Shown here: positions 15,720 to 25,834 of the stretch, in pieces | Numbering within the stretch: position 1 is the first letter of the stretch | Layout: the number at the start of each line of letters is the position of its first letter | Translations under genes and position numbers: made by a program | The notes under the pieces: generated by a model | Databases searched by the model: none | Told to the model about the DNA's origin: nothing | What the model saw: only the letters and a program-made list of their open reading frames with translations | Assembly (NCBI GenBank): GCA_937138415.1 | Contig: CAKZPA010000036.1 | Span: forward strand, 42,042 to 106,041 | Direction: 5' to 3' | Source: an uncultured Nitrospiraceae bacterium | GTDB lineage: Bacteria > Nitrospirota > Thermodesulfovibrionia > Thermodesulfovibrionales > SM23-35 | Length of the DNA: 64,000 nt

Positions 15720-17396
15720 ATGTTACGGGAACTCAGGATAAAAAATCTCGCCATTATCGATGACCTGACGATCAGGTTCGACAGGGGGTTCAACGTGCTG
15801 ACCGGGGAAACCGGCGCGGGAAAATCGATCATCGTGGATGCACTCGGCCTCGTGCTGGGAGGTAAGGTCCCGCATGACTTCCTGCGGTCGGGAGAGAAGG
15901 AGGCCGTCGTACAGGCCTACTTCGAGCCGCAGGAGACCGCAGCATTTCCGGATCTCGGCCTTGACGTGTCCGACGGGCTCATCCTCAGGAGGTCTCTCTT
16001 TGCCTCGGGGAAACATCGCGCGTATATCAACGACGCGATGGTGAGCGCGCAGAGTCTCGCCGAGGTGGGGAGGGAAATCGTGGATATCCACGGACAGCAC
16101 GAACACCAGAGTCTCCTCTCGACCGACAAGCAACGGGAGTTTCTGGATCTCTTCGGACGGCTCGGGGATGATCGAGCGATCGTCGAGCGGCTCTATCACG
16201 ATGTCTCGGCGCTCTCGCGTGAGCGCGCCGAATTGGAAAAGAACGTTCAGGATCGCGAGGGCAGGAGGGAGGTGCTCTCCTTTCAGATCCGGGAAATCGA
16301 CGCCGCGAACCTCGCGGACGGCGAAATAGAACGACTGCTCGAAGAGCGCGCCGTCCTCGGCCACGCCGGCAAATTGAAAGAACTCGCGACCACCGCGTAC
16401 GACCTCCTCTACGATGCCGACAATTCGTGCAGCACGCACCTCTCGCGCATCATCCGGAAAGTGCAGGATATGGCCGCGATCGATCAGCGGGCGGCGGATG
16501 TCCTCGGCTTGCTCGAGTCAGCGCTCCCCCTCCTCGAAGACGCGGCCCGTTCCCTCAGGGGATTCAGAGATTCATACGAGGATGAGCCCGGGAGACTCGA
16601 CGCGGTCGAAGAGCGTCTCGCCCTCATCCGCAAGCTCGAAAAGAAATACGGGGAAGGCATCGATGCCATCGTGCGCTACAGGAACCGCGCGGAGTCGGAA
16701 CTGCTGGCGCTCGAGACGATCGACGAACGCAGGGACGTCCTCGAACGAGAACTCGCCGCGAAAGAGAGGGCACTTTTGGAGGCAGCCTTCGCGCTCTCGG
16801 GGAAAAGGAAGGAGGCAGCCGCCGAAATGGAGCGGCTCGTCACGAACGAGCTGAGGGACCTCGCTTTCGAGAACGCGCTCTTCAGAATAGAGATTCGCGA
16901 GGGGGAGATGTCCCCCCACGGGGTTGACAGGATCGAATTTCTCTTCTCCGCGAATGCGGGGGAACCGCCGAAGCCACTCGCGCGGATCGCGTCCGGCGGC
17001 GAACTCTCGAGGGTGATGCTCGCCCTGAAGACCGTCTTCGCGGATATCGACCGCACGCCCGTCCTCATCTTCGATGAAATCGACTCGGGCATAGGGGGGA
17101 AAACCGCCGAAACCGTCGTCAAAAAGCTCAAGAACCTCTCCCGGAGTCACCAGGTCCTCTGCACGACGCACCTCGCCCAATTGGCATCGAGGGGAGACGT
17201 GCACCTGAAGATCGAGAAGAAACAGGGGAGCAACCGGGTAAACGTCGCCGTGACCGAGCTTTCGGGGAACGGTCGATTGCACGAGATCGCACGGATGTTG
17301 AGCGGGACCGCGACGGACATTTCTCTCAGGCACGCCCGCGAACTCCTCGAAGGGGCTGGGGAACTGGAATTGAAAACAAGGAAAGGAAAACCATGA
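15720..17396 (+). CDS. recN: DNA repair protein RecN
   Basis: MLRELRIKNLAIIDDL N-terminus, Walker A LTGETGAGKSII, coiled-coil middle, LIFDEIDSGIGG. Alternative in-frame ATG at 15708 and GTG at 15693. Confidence 0.95.
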   Translation: MLRELRIKNLAIIDDLTIRFDRGFNVLTGETGAGKSIIVDALGLVLGGKVPHDFLRSGEKEAVVQAYFEPQETAAFPDLGLDVSDGLILRRSLFASGKHRAYINDAMVSAQSLAEVGREIVDIHGQHEHQSLLSTDKQREFLDLFGRLGDDRAIVERLYHDVSALSRERAELEKNVQDREGRREVLSFQIREIDAANLADGEIERLLEERAVLGHAGKLKELATTAYDLLYDADNSCSTHLSRIIRKVQDMAAIDQRAADVLGLLESALPLLEDAARSLRGFRDSYEDEPGRLDAVEERLALIRKLEKKYGEGIDAIVRYRNRAESELLALETIDERRDVLERELAAKERALLEAAFALSGKRKEAAAEMERLVTNELRDLAFENALFRIEIREGEMSPHGVDRIEFLFSANAGEPPKPLARIASGGELSRVMLALKTVFADIDRTPVLIFDEIDSGIGGKTAETVVKKLKNLSRSHQVLCTTHLAQLASRGDVHLKIEKKQGSNRVNVAVTELSGNGRLHEIARMLSGTATDISLRHARELLEGAGELELKTRKGKP

Positions 17397-17614
17397 AAGG
17401 GATGATCAAGATCGACCGGGAACTGTGCAAGGGATGCGCATACTGCATCGAGGCATGCCCTCTCGGCCTCATCTCGTTCGAAGACGAATTCAACGCACGG
17501 GGGTTTTTCCCCGCCTGCATCAAACGCGCGGACCAGTGCACGGGGTGCGCGATGTGCGCGGCGATGTGCCCCGAGATCGCGATCGAGGTCTTCCGGGAAG
17601 ACGGCAATGGGTGA
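17393..17614 (+). CDS. 2x[4Fe-4S] ferredoxin
   Basis: CKGCAYCIEACP and CTGCAMCAAMCP cluster motifs. Its ATG overlaps the recN stop (ATGA). Confidence 0.85.
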   Translation: MKGMIKIDRELCKGCAYCIEACPLGLISFEDEFNARGFFPACIKRADQCTGCAMCAAMCPEIAIEVFREDGNG

Positions 17615-18542
17615 GAAACGTTACGCGATAGGGATCGACCTCGGCGGCACCAACCTCAGAATCGCTCTCGTTTCACGCGAGGGGGAACTGATCAGAAAAA
17701 TCAAGGAGCCGACGCCGGAGACCCTCCTCGAATCCGTTCGCGAACGCACGGGGACCTTGATCTCCGACGAGGTCGCCGGCATAGGGCTCGGCATCGCCGG
17801 CCTCATCGGAAGGGCCGAGCGGCGAGTGCTCATCTCGCCCAACCTGCACGCCGTCGAAAAGATCGACCTCGTCGGGGGACTGGAAGAGAAGTTCGGACTG
17901 CCGGTCGTGCTCGAAAACGACGCGAATGCGGCGGCGGCCGGCGAGCAGTGGGTCGGGGCGGGGAGAGGACTCTCCTCGTTCGTCCTCCTCACGCTGGGCA
18001 CAGGCATCGGCGGCGGCATCGTCCACGGCGGGGAGCTGCTCGGCATCGCAGCCGAAATCGGGCATATGAGTATCGTCGGAGACGGTGAAAAATGCGGTTG
18101 CGGCAACTACGGCTGCCTCGAACTGTACGCGTCGGCGAAGGCGATCCTCGCGCGCGCGAGCGCCGCCCTCGAGAGCGGCAGGGAGAGCGTCCTCAGATCT
18201 TACTGCGGCGGGAATTTCTACAAACTCACGACGGAAGATATCCACCGGGCCGCATTCGACGGTGACGGCCTCGCGCGGGAACTCCTCAAGAACGCGGGCA
18301 GGCACCTCGGCATCGGTATCGCGAACATCGTCAACCTGATGAGTCCCGAGGCGGTCATTCTCACCGGCGGCCTCACCGGCGCGTGGGACCTCTACGTGCA
18401 GGAGGCGATAAAGGAGGCGTCCCGGAGGGCCCTCAGGGAGTTGTTCGACGACGTGCGGATCGTCCCTTCGACCCTGAAAGACGATGCGGGAATTGTCGGC
18501 GCCGCCGGGCTCGTCTTCCGTTCGGTCGGGATCAAGGCGTGA
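17607..18542 (+). CDS. ROK family glucokinase / sugar kinase
   Basis: GIDLGGTNLR N-terminal ATP motif and the ROK zinc motif CGCGNYGCLE. Overlaps the ferredoxin end by 8 nt. Confidence 0.85.
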   Translation: MGEKRYAIGIDLGGTNLRIALVSREGELIRKIKEPTPETLLESVRERTGTLISDEVAGIGLGIAGLIGRAERRVLISPNLHAVEKIDLVGGLEEKFGLPVVLENDANAAAAGEQWVGAGRGLSSFVLLTLGTGIGGGIVHGGELLGIAAEIGHMSIVGDGEKCGCGNYGCLELYASAKAILARASAALESGRESVLRSYCGGNFYKLTTEDIHRAAFDGDGLARELLKNAGRHLGIGIANIVNLMSPEAVILTGGLTGAWDLYVQEAIKEASRRALRELFDDVRIVPSTLKDDAGIVGAAGLVFRSVGIKA

Positions 18543-18555
18543 GATCATTTCGGGA

Positions 18556-19227
18556 ATGAAGACATGGACTCGCTGTGCTTCGTGCGGAGACAGTCACGAC
18601 ATAAAGGAGGAATACCGATTGAAAAGCAAAAAGAGACTCTTGTGGGAGTATGTGGAAGCGCTCGTCACGGCCCTCATCCTCGCTCTCGTCATACGGGCCT
18701 ACGTCATACAGGCGTTCAAGATCCCCTCGGGATCGATGATTCCGACCCTCCTCATCGGAGACCACATCCTCGTGAACAAGTTCATTTACGGCACGAAGAT
18801 ACCCCTCACCGACCGGAAAATTTTCGTCTGGAAAACGCCGGAGCGAGGTGATATCATCGTCTTTAAGTACCCCGAGAATCCGAAGAAGGACTTCATCAAG
18901 CGGGTCATCGCGAAGGGAGGGGACGTCATCGAGGTGCGGGACAAGGTCGTCTATGTCAACGGGAAAGCGCTGCACGAACCGTACGCGCACCATTTCGACG
19001 GAGCGATCCGTCCCGGAACGTACGACCCGCGCGACAATTTCGGGCCGGTCCTGCTTCCGGAAAACAAGGTATTCGTCATGGGTGACAACCGTGACCAGAG
19101 TTACGACAGCCGGTACTGGGGGGTCGTCGATCTGAAAGACGTGAGGGGAAAGGCCTTCATCATCTACTGGTCGTGGGATCCCGATAACTGGCTCAGATTC
19201 AACAGGATTGGGAGGTTGATACATTGA
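18556..19227 (+). CDS. lepB: Signal peptidase I
   Basis: IPSGSMIPTL (catalytic Ser), DHILVNK, GDNRDQSYDSRYWG. Start is the internal ATG at 18556 of track ORF 18484..19227. Confidence 0.9.
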   Translation: MKTWTRCASCGDSHDIKEEYRLKSKKRLLWEYVEALVTALILALVIRAYVIQAFKIPSGSMIPTLLIGDHILVNKFIYGTKIPLTDRKIFVWKTPERGDIIVFKYPENPKKDFIKRVIAKGGDVIEVRDKVVYVNGKALHEPYAHHFDGAIRPGTYDPRDNFGPVLLPENKVFVMGDNRDQSYDSRYWGVVDLKDVRGKAFIIYWSWDPDNWLRFNRIGRLIH

Positions 19228-19580
19228 CCATGGGAAACGTGTGCCGCAACGAGAGAGGATTTGTCAAATTCATTCTCGTGATGATCATCCTCGGCTGCTC
19301 CGTTTACGCGGGGTTCAAGTTCGGAATGCCGTACTACAAGCACGCGGCTTTTCGTTCCGACGCGCGGGAGTTCGCACGGATCAGCCTCGGGGACACCGAG
19401 AAAACGAAGCTTCAAGTCCTCGAGAGGGCCCGTGAATTGAAGCTCCCGATCGGCGCGGAGGACATCAGTGTCACGCTGGCGGGGAAGTCGGTGCGCATCG
19501 AAACCGCGTGGGAAGAGACGGTCGATATCTTCGGGCTCTACGAGAAGACCTTGCACTTCGCGATCGACGTCGAGGAGTGA
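19224..19580 (+). CDS. Hypothetical single-TM protein
   Basis: ATGA overlap with the lepB stop. N-terminal TM FVKFILVMIILGCSVYAGF. No motif that I recognise. Confidence 0.5.
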   Translation: MTMGNVCRNERGFVKFILVMIILGCSVYAGFKFGMPYYKHAAFRSDAREFARISLGDTEKTKLQVLERARELKLPIGAEDISVTLAGKSVRIETAWEETVDIFGLYEKTLHFAIDVEE

Positions 19581-19581
19581 C

Positions 19582-20229
19582 GTGTTCACCGGCCTGATAC
19601 AGGAAATGGGGCGGATCGACGCCGTCACGAGGAAGGCCGACGGGGCTTCGTTGCGCCTGCGCACCGAGACCCTCGCGGCATCGGCACGCATCGGGGACAG
19701 CATCGCGGTCAACGGGGTCTGCCTCACGGTGGTGAAGCGGGACGACACGACACTCTCCTTCGATCTCTCTCACGAAACGGTGCGGACGACCAACCTTGGA
19801 CGCCTGAAAGCAGGAGACCGGGTGAATCTCGAACCGGCGTTGCGGTTCGATTCGAAGATCGGGGGTCATTTCGTGACCGGGCACGTCGATGCGGTGGGGA
19901 CGATCCGTTCCCGCTCGCAGATTGGCGACATGTGGAGATTCGAGATCGAAGCCCCGCGGGAGGTCATGCGCTACGTCGTCGAAAAGGGCTCCGTCGCCGT
20001 CGATGGCATAAGCCTCACCGTTGTTGATATACTTAACGATGGATTTTCCCTGGTCATCATCCCGCACACGGCGAAGGTGACGACCATGGGATTCAAAGGG
20101 CCGGGCGATTCGGTCAACATCGAGACGGATATCCTCGGCAAATACGTGGCGAAACTATTGGCGAAGGATTCGGACAGGGATGAGCGCTTTCTGCGGGCCC
20201 TCTCCGAAGGAGGATTTTTAGGGCGGTAA
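19582..20229 (+). CDS. ribE: Riboflavin synthase (alpha chain)
   Basis: GTG at 19582 gives (M)[11 protein letters not shown]...[14 protein letters not shown], and a second lumazine-binding repeat [11 protein letters not shown]. Confidence 0.9.
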   Translation: MFTGLIQEMGRIDAVTRKADGASLRLRTETLAASARIGDSIAVNGVCLTVVKRDDTTLSFDLSHETVRTTNLGRLKAGDRVNLEPALRFDSKIGGHFVTGHVDAVGTIRSRSQIGDMWRFEIEAPREVMRYVVEKGSVAVDGISLTVVDILNDGFSLVIIPHTAKVTTMGFKGPGDSVNIETDILGKYVAKLLAKDSDRDERFLRALSEGGFLGR

Positions 20230-20312
20230 CCCCTCCGAGGCGCGACAGGGCCGCTCGACCGATGATCGCCGGAGGAGGGAAATCGCCGGGAGACGGCTGA
20301 AAGGATTTCATC

Positions 20313-21527
20313 ATGGAAAAACACGCATTCAACACGATCGAAGAAGTACTCGACGACATCGCGAATGGGAAGATGGTCATCCTCGTGGACGATGAAGATA
20401 GGGAGAACGAAGGAGACCTCTGCATGGCGGCCGAGAAAGTGACGCCCGAGGCGATCAACTTCATGGCGAAGTACGGGCGGGGCCTCATCTGTCTCTCCCT
20501 CACGCCGGAGAGGGTCGAAGAACTGAAACTGCCGATGATGACCGACGACAATACGTCGCCATTCGGAACGGCGTTCACGGTATCGATCGAGGCGAAGAAG
20601 GGCGTGACGACCGGAATTTCGGCGGCGGACCGCGCGCGGACGATCCTCACGGCGATCGACCCGCGAACGAAGCCGGAAGACCTCGTGCGGCCGGGACATG
20701 TCTTTCCGCTGAAAGCGAAGGCCGGCGGCGTCCTCCAGCGGGCCGGCCAGACGGAAGGGTCCGTCGATCTCGCGCGGCTGGCGCGGCTCACCCCCGCCGG
20801 CGTCATCTGCGAGATCATGAGCGACGACGGCACGATGGCCCGCGTCCCGGAACTCATGGAATTCGCGAAGAGGCACAATCTGAAGATCGTGACGATCAAG
20901 GACATCATCAAATACCGGATGAGGAACGAGATGTTCGTGAAGCGGATCGCAACCGTCAAACTGCCGACCCGTTTCGGCGGCGACTTCACGGCCATCGCGT
21001 ACGCAAACGCGATCGATTCGAACGTCCACCTCGCCCTCGTCAAGGGAGAGATACGCCGGGACGACGAGGTGCTCGTGAGGGTTCACTCGCAATGTCTCAC
21101 CGGCGACATTTTCGGGTCCCTCCGGTGCGACTGCGGCGACCAGCTCCGCAAAGCGATGGAGATGATCCGGAAAGAGGGCAAAGGCGTGATCCTCTACATG
21201 AAGCAGGAGGGGCGCGGCATCGGCCTCCTCAACAAACTGCGGGCGTACGAACTCCAGGACCGGGGGCTCGATACAGTCGAAGCGAACATCCAGCTCGGTT
21301 TCAAACCGGATCTCCGGGACTACGGGATAGGCGCGCAGATCCTCGTCGACCTCGGCGTGCGCAAGATGCGCCTCATGACGAACAATCCGAAGAAGATTGT
21401 CGGGCTCGAAGGGTACGGACTGAAGGTCGTCTCGAGGGTGCCGATCGAGACGAGCCCGAACGAGCGTAACATCGTCTATCTTAAAACGAAAAAGAAGAAG
21501 CTGGGCCACATACTCGACAGCGTGTAG
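20313..21527 (+). CDS. ribBA: Bifunctional 3,4-dihydroxy-2-butanone-4-phosphate synthase / GTP cyclohydrolase II
   Basis: [11 protein letters not shown] (DHBP synthase) and [20 protein letters not shown] (GCH II zinc motif). Confidence 0.95.
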   Translation: MEKHAFNTIEEVLDDIANGKMVILVDDEDRENEGDLCMAAEKVTPEAINFMAKYGRGLICLSLTPERVEELKLPMMTDDNTSPFGTAFTVSIEAKKGVTTGISAADRARTILTAIDPRTKPEDLVRPGHVFPLKAKAGGVLQRAGQTEGSVDLARLARLTPAGVICEIMSDDGTMARVPELMEFAKRHNLKIVTIKDIIKYRMRNEMFVKRIATVKLPTRFGGDFTAIAYANAIDSNVHLALVKGEIRRDDEVLVRVHSQCLTGDIFGSLRCDCGDQLRKAMEMIRKEGKGVILYMKQEGRGIGLLNKLRAYELQDRGLDTVEANIQLGFKPDLRDYGIGAQILVDLGVRKMRLMTNNPKKIVGLEGYGLKVVSRVPIETSPNERNIVYLKTKKKKLGHILDSV

Positions 21528-21555
21528 GGAAAATACAAGCGTCAGGGAGGACCGA

Positions 21556-22017
21556 ATGAAACTATTCGAGGGGGAACTGCAGGCGAAGGGAATGAGATTC
21601 TGCATCGTCATGAGCAGGTTCAACGAGTTCATCACGGCGAAACTGCTCGACGGCGCGATGGACGCCCTCATCAGGCACGGCGCGCGCGAAGACGACATCG
21701 ACATCGCGAAGGTTCCGGGATCATTCGAAATACCGCTCGTCGCGAAGAAGATGGCGCTCAAGGGGACGTACAACGCCATCATCTGTCTCGGAACGGTCAT
21801 CAGGGGAGCGACCCCGCACTTCGACTACATCGCGGCCGAGGTCTCGAAAGGCATCGCGTCCGTCTCGCTCGAAACGGGCGTTCCGGTCGCGTTCGGCATC
21901 ATCACGAGCGACACGATCGAGCAGGCAGTCGAGAGGGCCGGCACCAAGAGCGGCAACAAGGGATGGGACGCCGCAATGACCGCCATCGAGATGGCTCAGC
22001 TCCAGAAAAAGCTATGA
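21556..22017 (+). CDS. ribH: 6,7-dimethyl-8-ribityllumazine synthase
   Basis: 153 aa, with VPGSFEIP and [14 protein letters not shown]. Confidence 0.95.
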   Translation: MKLFEGELQAKGMRFCIVMSRFNEFITAKLLDGAMDALIRHGAREDDIDIAKVPGSFEIPLVAKKMALKGTYNAIICLGTVIRGATPHFDYIAAEVSKGIASVSLETGVPVAFGIITSDTIEQAVERAGTKSGNKGWDAAMTAIEMAQLQKKL

Positions 22018-22106
22018 TAGCATCCCGTGATCAACGCCCCGCTCCGCCGACGCCGTAAGGTGTCGCGCATCCCGTTACCCCTGTTTTCGCCGGTGCGACG
22101 GCTCCC

Positions 22107-22517
22107 ATGAAGAGGCGCCGCGCGAGGGAGTACGCGCTCCAGATGCTCTTCCAGCTCGACTTTACGGAGAGAGACCGCCACGAGAAGGCGATGGCAGATT
22201 TCTGGTCCGGAAAAAGGGCGGACCGCGAGATCAGGGAATTCACCGATCATCTCGTGAAAGGCACGCTCGATCATCTCGGGGAGATCGACAGCATGATCGA
22301 GTCGGTCGCCGAAAACTGGATCCTCGAACGGATGGCGGCCGTCGACAGGAACATCCTGCGGTTCGCCACCTACGAAATCGTCTATCGAAAAGACATCCCG
22401 ACGGCGGTGACGATCAACGAAGCGCTCGAGATCGCGAAGAAGTATTCCACGGCTGATGCCGCGACGTTTCTCAACGGCATCCTCGACCGCATCGCCAGGG
22501 AAGCGAAGAGGGTATAA
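22107..22517 (+). CDS. nusB: Transcription antitermination factor NusB
   Basis: RRAREYALQMLFQLDF...NEALEIAKKYS...FLNGILDRI; canonical position after ribH. Confidence 0.9.
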   Translation: MKRRRAREYALQMLFQLDFTERDRHEKAMADFWSGKRADREIREFTDHLVKGTLDHLGEIDSMIESVAENWILERMAAVDRNILRFATYEIVYRKDIPTAVTINEALEIAKKYSTADAATFLNGILDRIAREAKRV

Positions 22518-22523
22518 TACGTC

Positions 22524-24269
22524 ATGGCATCGACGACGCAACGATCGATTCTCATGCAGCGTTCTTTCGCGCTCGTTTTTCTGCTCTTCCTTTTCCTTGC
22601 CGTGTGCGCCGACGCCCTCGCTGACGGGGCGCCACTGGACGGGCTGCTCCGTGAGACCGCTTCCTACTTTACGCCGTTACAGGGGAAGATCGTTTCGCTG
22701 GAAGGGAAACAGGCACTCATAAGCGTCGGCCCGAACAGCGGGGCGAAAGCCGGCATGCGGTTGCAGGTCTTCAGGGAAGACGCGCCGTTCAGACACCCTG
22801 TCACCAAAGAACCGTTGGGAAAGCTCGAAGTCCCCACCGGGAAGGTGCAGCTCAAAGATGTCGCAGAGTACACGGCGATCGGGGAAGTGATCGAGGGAGA
22901 GGCGAAGGTCGGCGATACGGTGAGGATATCCAAGACGAAGATCAACCTCCTCTTCTGTCAGTCGCGCGATACGGACTGGCAGGTGGCCGAATACTATTAC
23001 CGAAAGCTCAAGGAGAGCGGACGGTTCAACATGATCGACACCGCGCTGGAGCCTGACCGCGCCGAGGACGTGATCGGAGAGGCCCGCCGGCTGCGCGCGG
23101 ACGCGGCGCTCCACATCCGCACGAAGAGAGCGGCCGATGGCGCCTCCCTTGTCCAAGACCTTTACTGGGCTTCCGACGGGACCCCGTTCGGCTCGGCGGA
23201 GGCGCGCCTCGATGACGCGCTGCCCAGGGAACTCACGGTCGCGGAAAAATACTTCTCGACGGAAAAACACGCGCCCCTGACGGCGTTCGAGGTGCCGCCG
23301 TCGGCGCGCCTGCTCGTGATGTGCGACGCCGACGGAGACGGGAAGAAGGAACTCATCTTCAGCGCGGGCAACGACATCATCGTCTACGCGATGGACAAGG
23401 ACCTCCACCCGGCCCTCGGAGGGATCACGATCGCCGGCGGCGCTCGGGACAATCATATCTGGATCGATGCCATCGACCTCAACAAGAACGGGAGGGACGA
23501 AATCATCGTGACCTCGATGAGAGGCACACCGGTCGTATCGAATTACGAGGAGGGGATGCAGGGCGACGGCATTATCTCCTCGGTGTTCGAATATGACGGA
23601 AAAGGATTCGTCCTCCTCTATCGTGATTCGGTCTTCATGCGGAATGTCGACGACCGGCTCTACGCCCAGGCTTACTCCCGCCAAACCGGTTTCGACGGAG
23701 ACGTATTCGAACTCCAATGGGACGGGACCGTGAAAAGAGGCGACCCGCTGAAGCTGCCGGGCGGGGTCAACATTTACGACTTCGTCTTCTTCAAGGACCC
23801 GGCCTTGGGCGATCTCCTCCTCGCGTACGATGAGGGCGGCTATCTTTCCGTGTACGACGGGAAAGGGACGAAACTCTGGAAGAGCTCCGGCCGCGTCGGG
23901 GATTTTCTCACGACGTTCAAGAAGAAAGCGCCTTCCGCGATCGCCGAAGGCGGCTCCTGGGCGGTGAAAGACAGGCTGTTCATCAAAGGCAAGGATGCGC
24001 TCTACGTGAAGAGGATACCGTTCGTCGAGATGGTGAAAGGCCTTGGGTTCAAGAAATCCCAGGTCCGGCTGTTGCGCTGGAACGGTATCGCGATGGAGGA
24101 CCGTCCCGTCGTCGACGGCGTGAACGGCACCCTTCTCGATTACGCGGTGACGAACAACAATATCTTTGTCCTCTCGAGCCCTCTCTTTGGCATTCGGGCC
24201 GGTAACATCCTCAAGGGGGATAACCCGATCAAAAGGGAACTATCCGTTTATCCCTTCAAAAGTATGTGA
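22524..24269 (+). CDS. Secreted protein with FG-GAP/VCBS-like repeats (hypothetical)
   Basis: Signal peptide MQRSFALVFLLFLFLAVCADA. Ca-binding-loop-like CDADGDGKKELIF and DLNKNGRDEIIVTS suggest a beta-propeller. Confidence 0.55.
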   Translation: MASTTQRSILMQRSFALVFLLFLFLAVCADALADGAPLDGLLRETASYFTPLQGKIVSLEGKQALISVGPNSGAKAGMRLQVFREDAPFRHPVTKEPLGKLEVPTGKVQLKDVAEYTAIGEVIEGEAKVGDTVRISKTKINLLFCQSRDTDWQVAEYYYRKLKESGRFNMIDTALEPDRAEDVIGEARRLRADAALHIRTKRAADGASLVQDLYWASDGTPFGSAEARLDDALPRELTVAEKYFSTEKHAPLTAFEVPPSARLLVMCDADGDGKKELIFSAGNDIIVYAMDKDLHPALGGITIAGGARDNHIWIDAIDLNKNGRDEIIVTSMRGTPVVSNYEEGMQGDGIISSVFEYDGKGFVLLYRDSVFMRNVDDRLYAQAYSRQTGFDGDVFELQWDGTVKRGDPLKLPGGVNIYDFVFFKDPALGDLLLAYDEGGYLSVYDGKGTKLWKSSGRVGDFLTTFKKKAPSAIAEGGSWAVKDRLFIKGKDALYVKRIPFVEMVKGLGFKKSQVRLLRWNGIAMEDRPVVDGVNGTLLDYAVTNNNIFVLSSPLFGIRAGNILKGDNPIKRELSVYPFKSM

Positions 24270-24278
24270 GGGTTCCCG

Positions 24279-24998
24279 GTGTTTCTCGGTGGTCGCATCC
24301 CTCCCCACGTGGGCATCATCATGGACGGAAACGGACGGTGGGCCGAATTGCGCGGCCTTCCGCGGATCGAAGGGCATCGGCGTGGCGTCGAACGGTCGAA
24401 AGAGGTGATCGAGTGCGCTGCCGAGCTGGGCGTGCGGACCCTTACCCTCTTCGCGTTCTCGACCGAGAACTGGCGGAGGCCGTCCGCGGAAGTTTCCACG
24501 CTCATGAGGCTCCTCGAGCTGTACCTCGAGAAAGAGCTCGCGAAGCTCATGAAAGAGGGCATCGTTTTCAAAGCGATCGGCGACATCGTTCGGCTCCCAG
24601 AACACATACAGGACATCATCAAAAAGACGGAAGAGAAAACGGCCTCGAACAGAGGCATGACGCTCGTCACGGCCCTCAGCTACAGCGGGCGGGACGAGAT
24701 CGTGAGAGCGGTGAAGCGGATCCTCAGCGCCGGCATCTCGCCCGACGCCGTCACGGAAACGGTCTTCGAATCTTTTCTCGACACCGCGGGCCTGCCCCAG
24801 CCTGACCTCATCATCCGAACGAGCGGGGAGAAACGGATCAGCAATTTTCTCCTCTGGCAAGGGGCGTACGCGGAACTCTATTTTACCGACACGCTGTGGC
24901 CCGACTTCTCAAAGGAGGAATTTCTGTACGCCATACAGGACTATCAGCAGCGGGAACGGAGGTTCGGCTCGGTCCCGGTGAGGCCCAATGCACGCTAA
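24279..24998 (+). CDS. uppS: Undecaprenyl diphosphate synthase (isoprenyl transferase)
   Basis: HVGIIMDGNGRWA, FAFSTENWRRP, IRTSGEKRISNFLLWQ. Confidence 0.95.
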   Translation: MFLGGRIPPHVGIIMDGNGRWAELRGLPRIEGHRRGVERSKEVIECAAELGVRTLTLFAFSTENWRRPSAEVSTLMRLLELYLEKELAKLMKEGIVFKAIGDIVRLPEHIQDIIKKTEEKTASNRGMTLVTALSYSGRDEIVRAVKRILSAGISPDAVTETVFESFLDTAGLPQPDLIIRTSGEKRISNFLLWQGAYAELYFTDTLWPDFSKEEFLYAIQDYQQRERRFGSVPVRPNAR

Positions 24999-25770
24999 GA
25001 GACTCGCGGTCGCGGCCGTCCTCCTCCCCCTCTTTTATGTGGCGGTCGTGTTCCTTCCGGCGTGGTTCTTCGTCCTCCTCCTCCTCGCGGTCTCTCTCCT
25101 GGCCCTTTCCGAATTCTGCGCGATGTTCCGGGCGGAACCGGCCCTGAGATTCGCCGCCATCGCCGCGGGTGCCGCGATTCTCCTCGTCGTCTTCTTCAGA
25201 GAGGCTCTGACCGCCCACACGCTCGCGCTCACCGTCCTCGCGCTCCTCGCGATGAGGCTCTTCATTAAGAGAGACCCTTCCTCCGCGCTCGCCGAGAGCG
25301 CGGCGCCGATCATCGGTCTCGTCTATATCCCGTTCCTGTTGTCTTTCCAGGTGAAGCTCAGGCTCATCGGGCCCGAGTGGATCCTCTTCCTCTACGGCAC
25401 CGTATGGGCCGCTGATTCGTTCGCGTACTATATCGGGAAGGGATTCGGCAAGCGGAGACTCTACCGGGAGGTGAGCCCGAACAAGACGGTCGCCGGCGCA
25501 TGGGGCTCGCTCGCCGGAGGCCTCGCCGGCGCTCTGCTCCTGCGCTCCCTTTTTATCCCCTCCCTCGGGATAGCGCGTGCTCTGTCGCTCGGTCTCGTCG
25601 TCGGCGCTCTCGCCATTGTCGGCGACCTCGTCGAGTCCATGTTCAAGCGCGATGCGGGGGTGAAGGACTCGGGAGGAATCATTCCCGGACACGGCGGCAT
25701 ACTCGACAAAATCGACGGGGTCCTCTTCGCGGGCCCCGTCCTCTACTGGATCGTGAAAGGCATGGGATGA
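24988..25770 (+). CDS. cdsA: Phosphatidate cytidylyltransferase
   Basis: SMFKRDAGVKDSGGIIPGHGGILDKID signature; multi-TM. Confidence 0.9.
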   Translation: MHAKRLAVAAVLLPLFYVAVVFLPAWFFVLLLLAVSLLALSEFCAMFRAEPALRFAAIAAGAAILLVVFFREALTAHTLALTVLALLAMRLFIKRDPSSALAESAAPIIGLVYIPFLLSFQVKLRLIGPEWILFLYGTVWAADSFAYYIGKGFGKRRLYREVSPNKTVAGAWGSLAGGLAGALLLRSLFIPSLGIARALSLGLVVGALAIVGDLVESMFKRDAGVKDSGGIIPGHGGILDKIDGVLFAGPVLYWIVKGMG

Positions 25771-25834
25771 AGACTTTGGCCGGATTGCATTGGATTCCTA
25801 CCGCGGGTAGTTCGTTCCGGGGGGCGACGAGCCC

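Noticed and set aside
20230-20312. Possible FMN riboswitch between ribE and ribBA.
   Set aside because: The region is only 83 nt and lacks the conserved RFN core sequence and five-hairpin architecture.
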